Assembly (NCBI GenBank): GCA_964397195.1 | Contig: CAYNGY010000004.1 | Coordinates: 1,923 to 65,922 of the forward strand | From: an uncultured Gammaproteobacteria bacterium | GTDB lineage: Bacteria; Patescibacteriota; Patescibacteriia; SBBC01; CAIJZX01 | Reading direction: 5' to 3' | DNA length: 64,000 nucleotides | In this document: one piece after another, positions 62,389-64,000 of the stretch | How the letters are laid out: each line of letters begins with the position of its first letter | Position numbering within the stretch: the first letter of the stretch is position 1 | Position numbers and translations under genes: made by a program | Notes under the pieces: generated by a model | Database searches by the model: none | Seen by the model: only the letters and a program-made list of their open reading frames with translations | What the model was told of the DNA's origin: nothing

Positions 62389-64000
62389 TTATGCCCCTAG
62401 GTTTGATGCCTTTTCGACCCGAATGACGCCGCCGGCTTCCAACACCGCCACATCGCGTCGACCAATTTTTCCTTCGAGCAACTGCTTGGCCAAGGCGTTA
62501 TCGACATGATCTTGGACAGCCCGACGTAACGGCCGCGCCCCAAATAGCGGATCAAAACCAATCTGCGCTAATTCGTGAATCGCTTCCGGCGTCGCCTGCA
62601 AGGTGATTCCTTTCTCTTTCATCCGGGTCCCAATTTGCGCCACCATCATCGTCACAATTTTTTCCACCTCGTCCTGATTGAGCGGTGTAAACAGAATGAT
62701 CCCGTCAAAACGGTTGAGAAACTCGGGACGGAAATACTGTTGTAGAACATCTTGAACCATCTCGGTTTTTATATGCGCCAGATCGACTCCGGCCCGCAGC
62801 TGAGTTTGAATATGTTGCGTACCGGCATTCGAGGTAGCAATCAAAATCACATTTGTAAAATCAATCGTTCTCCCCGCCGCATCGGTCATCCGACCATCGT
62901 CCATGACCTGCAGGAAAACATTCAGAATATCCGGATGGGCTTTTTCTAATTCATCTAACAAGACTAACGTATATGGATGCTCTCGTACCGCATCGGTAAA
63001 ATATCCGCCCCGTTCACTCCCAGATGATCCCAAGAGTCGACTAATACTAGCCACATCTTGATATTCAGACATATCGAGGCGAATCATCGACGATTCCGAG
63101 CCGAAAAATACTTCGGCCACGGTCTTGGCAAGTTCTGTTTTTCCAACCCCGGTCGGTCCGAGGAACAACAAGTTCGCGATCGGCCGTTTCGGATCACGCA
63201 GTTCGGTTCGAGCCCGACGAAGCGCATCCGCCACCGCATTGACCGCTTCAACCTGGCCAACCACTCGCTCATGCATCAGTGATTCCAGATGCAGAAGCTT
63301 CCCCTGCTCCGAGGCGGTCATATCCGTCACCGCCACATTGGTCTGCTCGCTCACCAGTTGAGCCACATGCTCACCAGTGACCAATGCATGCCGACCGGAT
63401 TTTTTCGCCAAAACCGCCGCCTCTTCCAGTAAATCGAGGGCTGAACCCGGTAATGTCTTTTGATGCATGAACCTCCGCGCAAGGCTGACCGCACGGTCGA
63501 GCGCCTGAAAAGTAAAGTAGACACCGTAGGTATGTTCGAGCGGCCCAACGCGCGACTGAAGGACTCGAACGGCCTGAGCCGCATCGAGTTCGTTCAAATC
63601 TAACTTCTCAAATGATGACGGGATAACCCCACGCTCTAGGTAGCGTCGATACGCTGAAGACGTCGTGGTGGCCACGACGATAACTGACCGACGGCCTGCA
63701 GCATCGGCGATAATTTGCGCGGCATCGAGGCCCTCGCTTCCCGCTGTTGATGCGCCAACGAGTTGATCAAAATTTTCAATCGCCAAAACAATATTCCCGG
63801 CGTGCGACAACTCCACCAGCACGGTCTGCAATCGTTCTTCGAGTTGTCCGGCTCCGCCAGCACCCGCCACAATCGCCGCCGCCGAAAGCGCCACCAGTCG
63901 TTTGTCTTGGAGCATCTCCGGCACATCCTCAGACGCCATACGTTCCGCCAGTGCCTGGAGGATACTCGTTTTTCCGACGCCACTATCGCCAACAATCAAT
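62389..64000 (-). CDS. ClpA/B/C-family double-AAA+ ATPase (5' end outside window)
   Basis: GDSGVGKT, GPTGVGKTE, RLDMSEY, LLDELEKAH, FRPEFLNR.D, GARPLRR. Confidence 0.93.
   Translation of the reverse strand, partial: LIVGDSGVGKTSILQALAERMASEDVPEMLQDKRLVALSAAAIVAGAGGAGQLEERLQTVLVELSHAGNIVLAIENFDQLVGASTAGSEGLDAAQIIADAAGRRSVIVVATTTSSAYRRYLERGVIPSSFEKLDLNELDAAQAVRVLQSRVGPLEHTYGVYFTFQALDRAVSLARRFMHQKTLPGSALDLLEEAAVLAKKSGRHALVTGEHVAQLVSEQTNVAVTDMTASEQGKLLHLESLMHERVVGQVEAVNAVADALRRARTELRDPKRPIANLLFLGPTGVGKTELAKTVAEVFFGSESSMIRLDMSEYQDVASISRLLGSSGSERGGYFTDAVREHPYTLVLLDELEKAHPDILNVFLQVMDDGRMTDAAGRTIDFTNVILIATSNAGTQHIQTQLRAGVDLAHIKTEMVQDVLQQYFRPEFLNRFDGIILFTPLNQDEVEKIVTMMVAQIGTRMKEKGITLQATPEAIHELAQIGFDPLFGARPLRRAVQDHVDNALAKQLLEGKIGRRDVAVLEAGGVIRVEKASNLGA

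Overview
This is a bacterial chromosome segment whose gene set and compact, overlapping layout point to Patescibacteria/CPR (Parcubacteria/ABY1-like). That assignment is inferred, not proven. Most of the window is housekeeping: rpsB (partial), rpmE-prfA-prmC, rplY, rodA, dnaE, thrS with an intact Thr T-box, miaA, gatB, secE-nusG-rplK-(inserted membrane gene)-rplA, M3/M16/M23 peptidases, an ABC-2 exporter, gyrB, pheST, a UvrD-nuclease fusion, a full F1Fo ATP synthase operon with a stand-alone WYL gene between atpD and atpC, rmuC, tatD, metG, rsmI, glyQS and a partial Clp ATPase. Many core genes look leaderless, with a -10 hexamer 6-10 nt before the ATG and no Shine-Dalgarno. Scattered among them is a second class of small self-contained units. 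Most have a TTGAC-N16-18-TAGnnT promoter, a strong SD and their own terminator, and several have visibly GC-rich codons. They are thyX plus a basic peptide, a divergent thymidine kinase, an ACP-like orphan, a nuclease-like gene with a TM peptide, a membrane protein with a RAPP arrest motif fused to a beta-rich exported domain, and a tRNA-shaped non-coding RNA with a ~50-nt expansion carrying an SD-AUG. Several of these units share an intergenic DNA motif (TTAGCCA-N13-TTCAGCA-N4-TTCAGTTT). No CRISPR array, rRNA, transposase or integrase was seen. All family calls come from motif recognition by eye, with no database searches.
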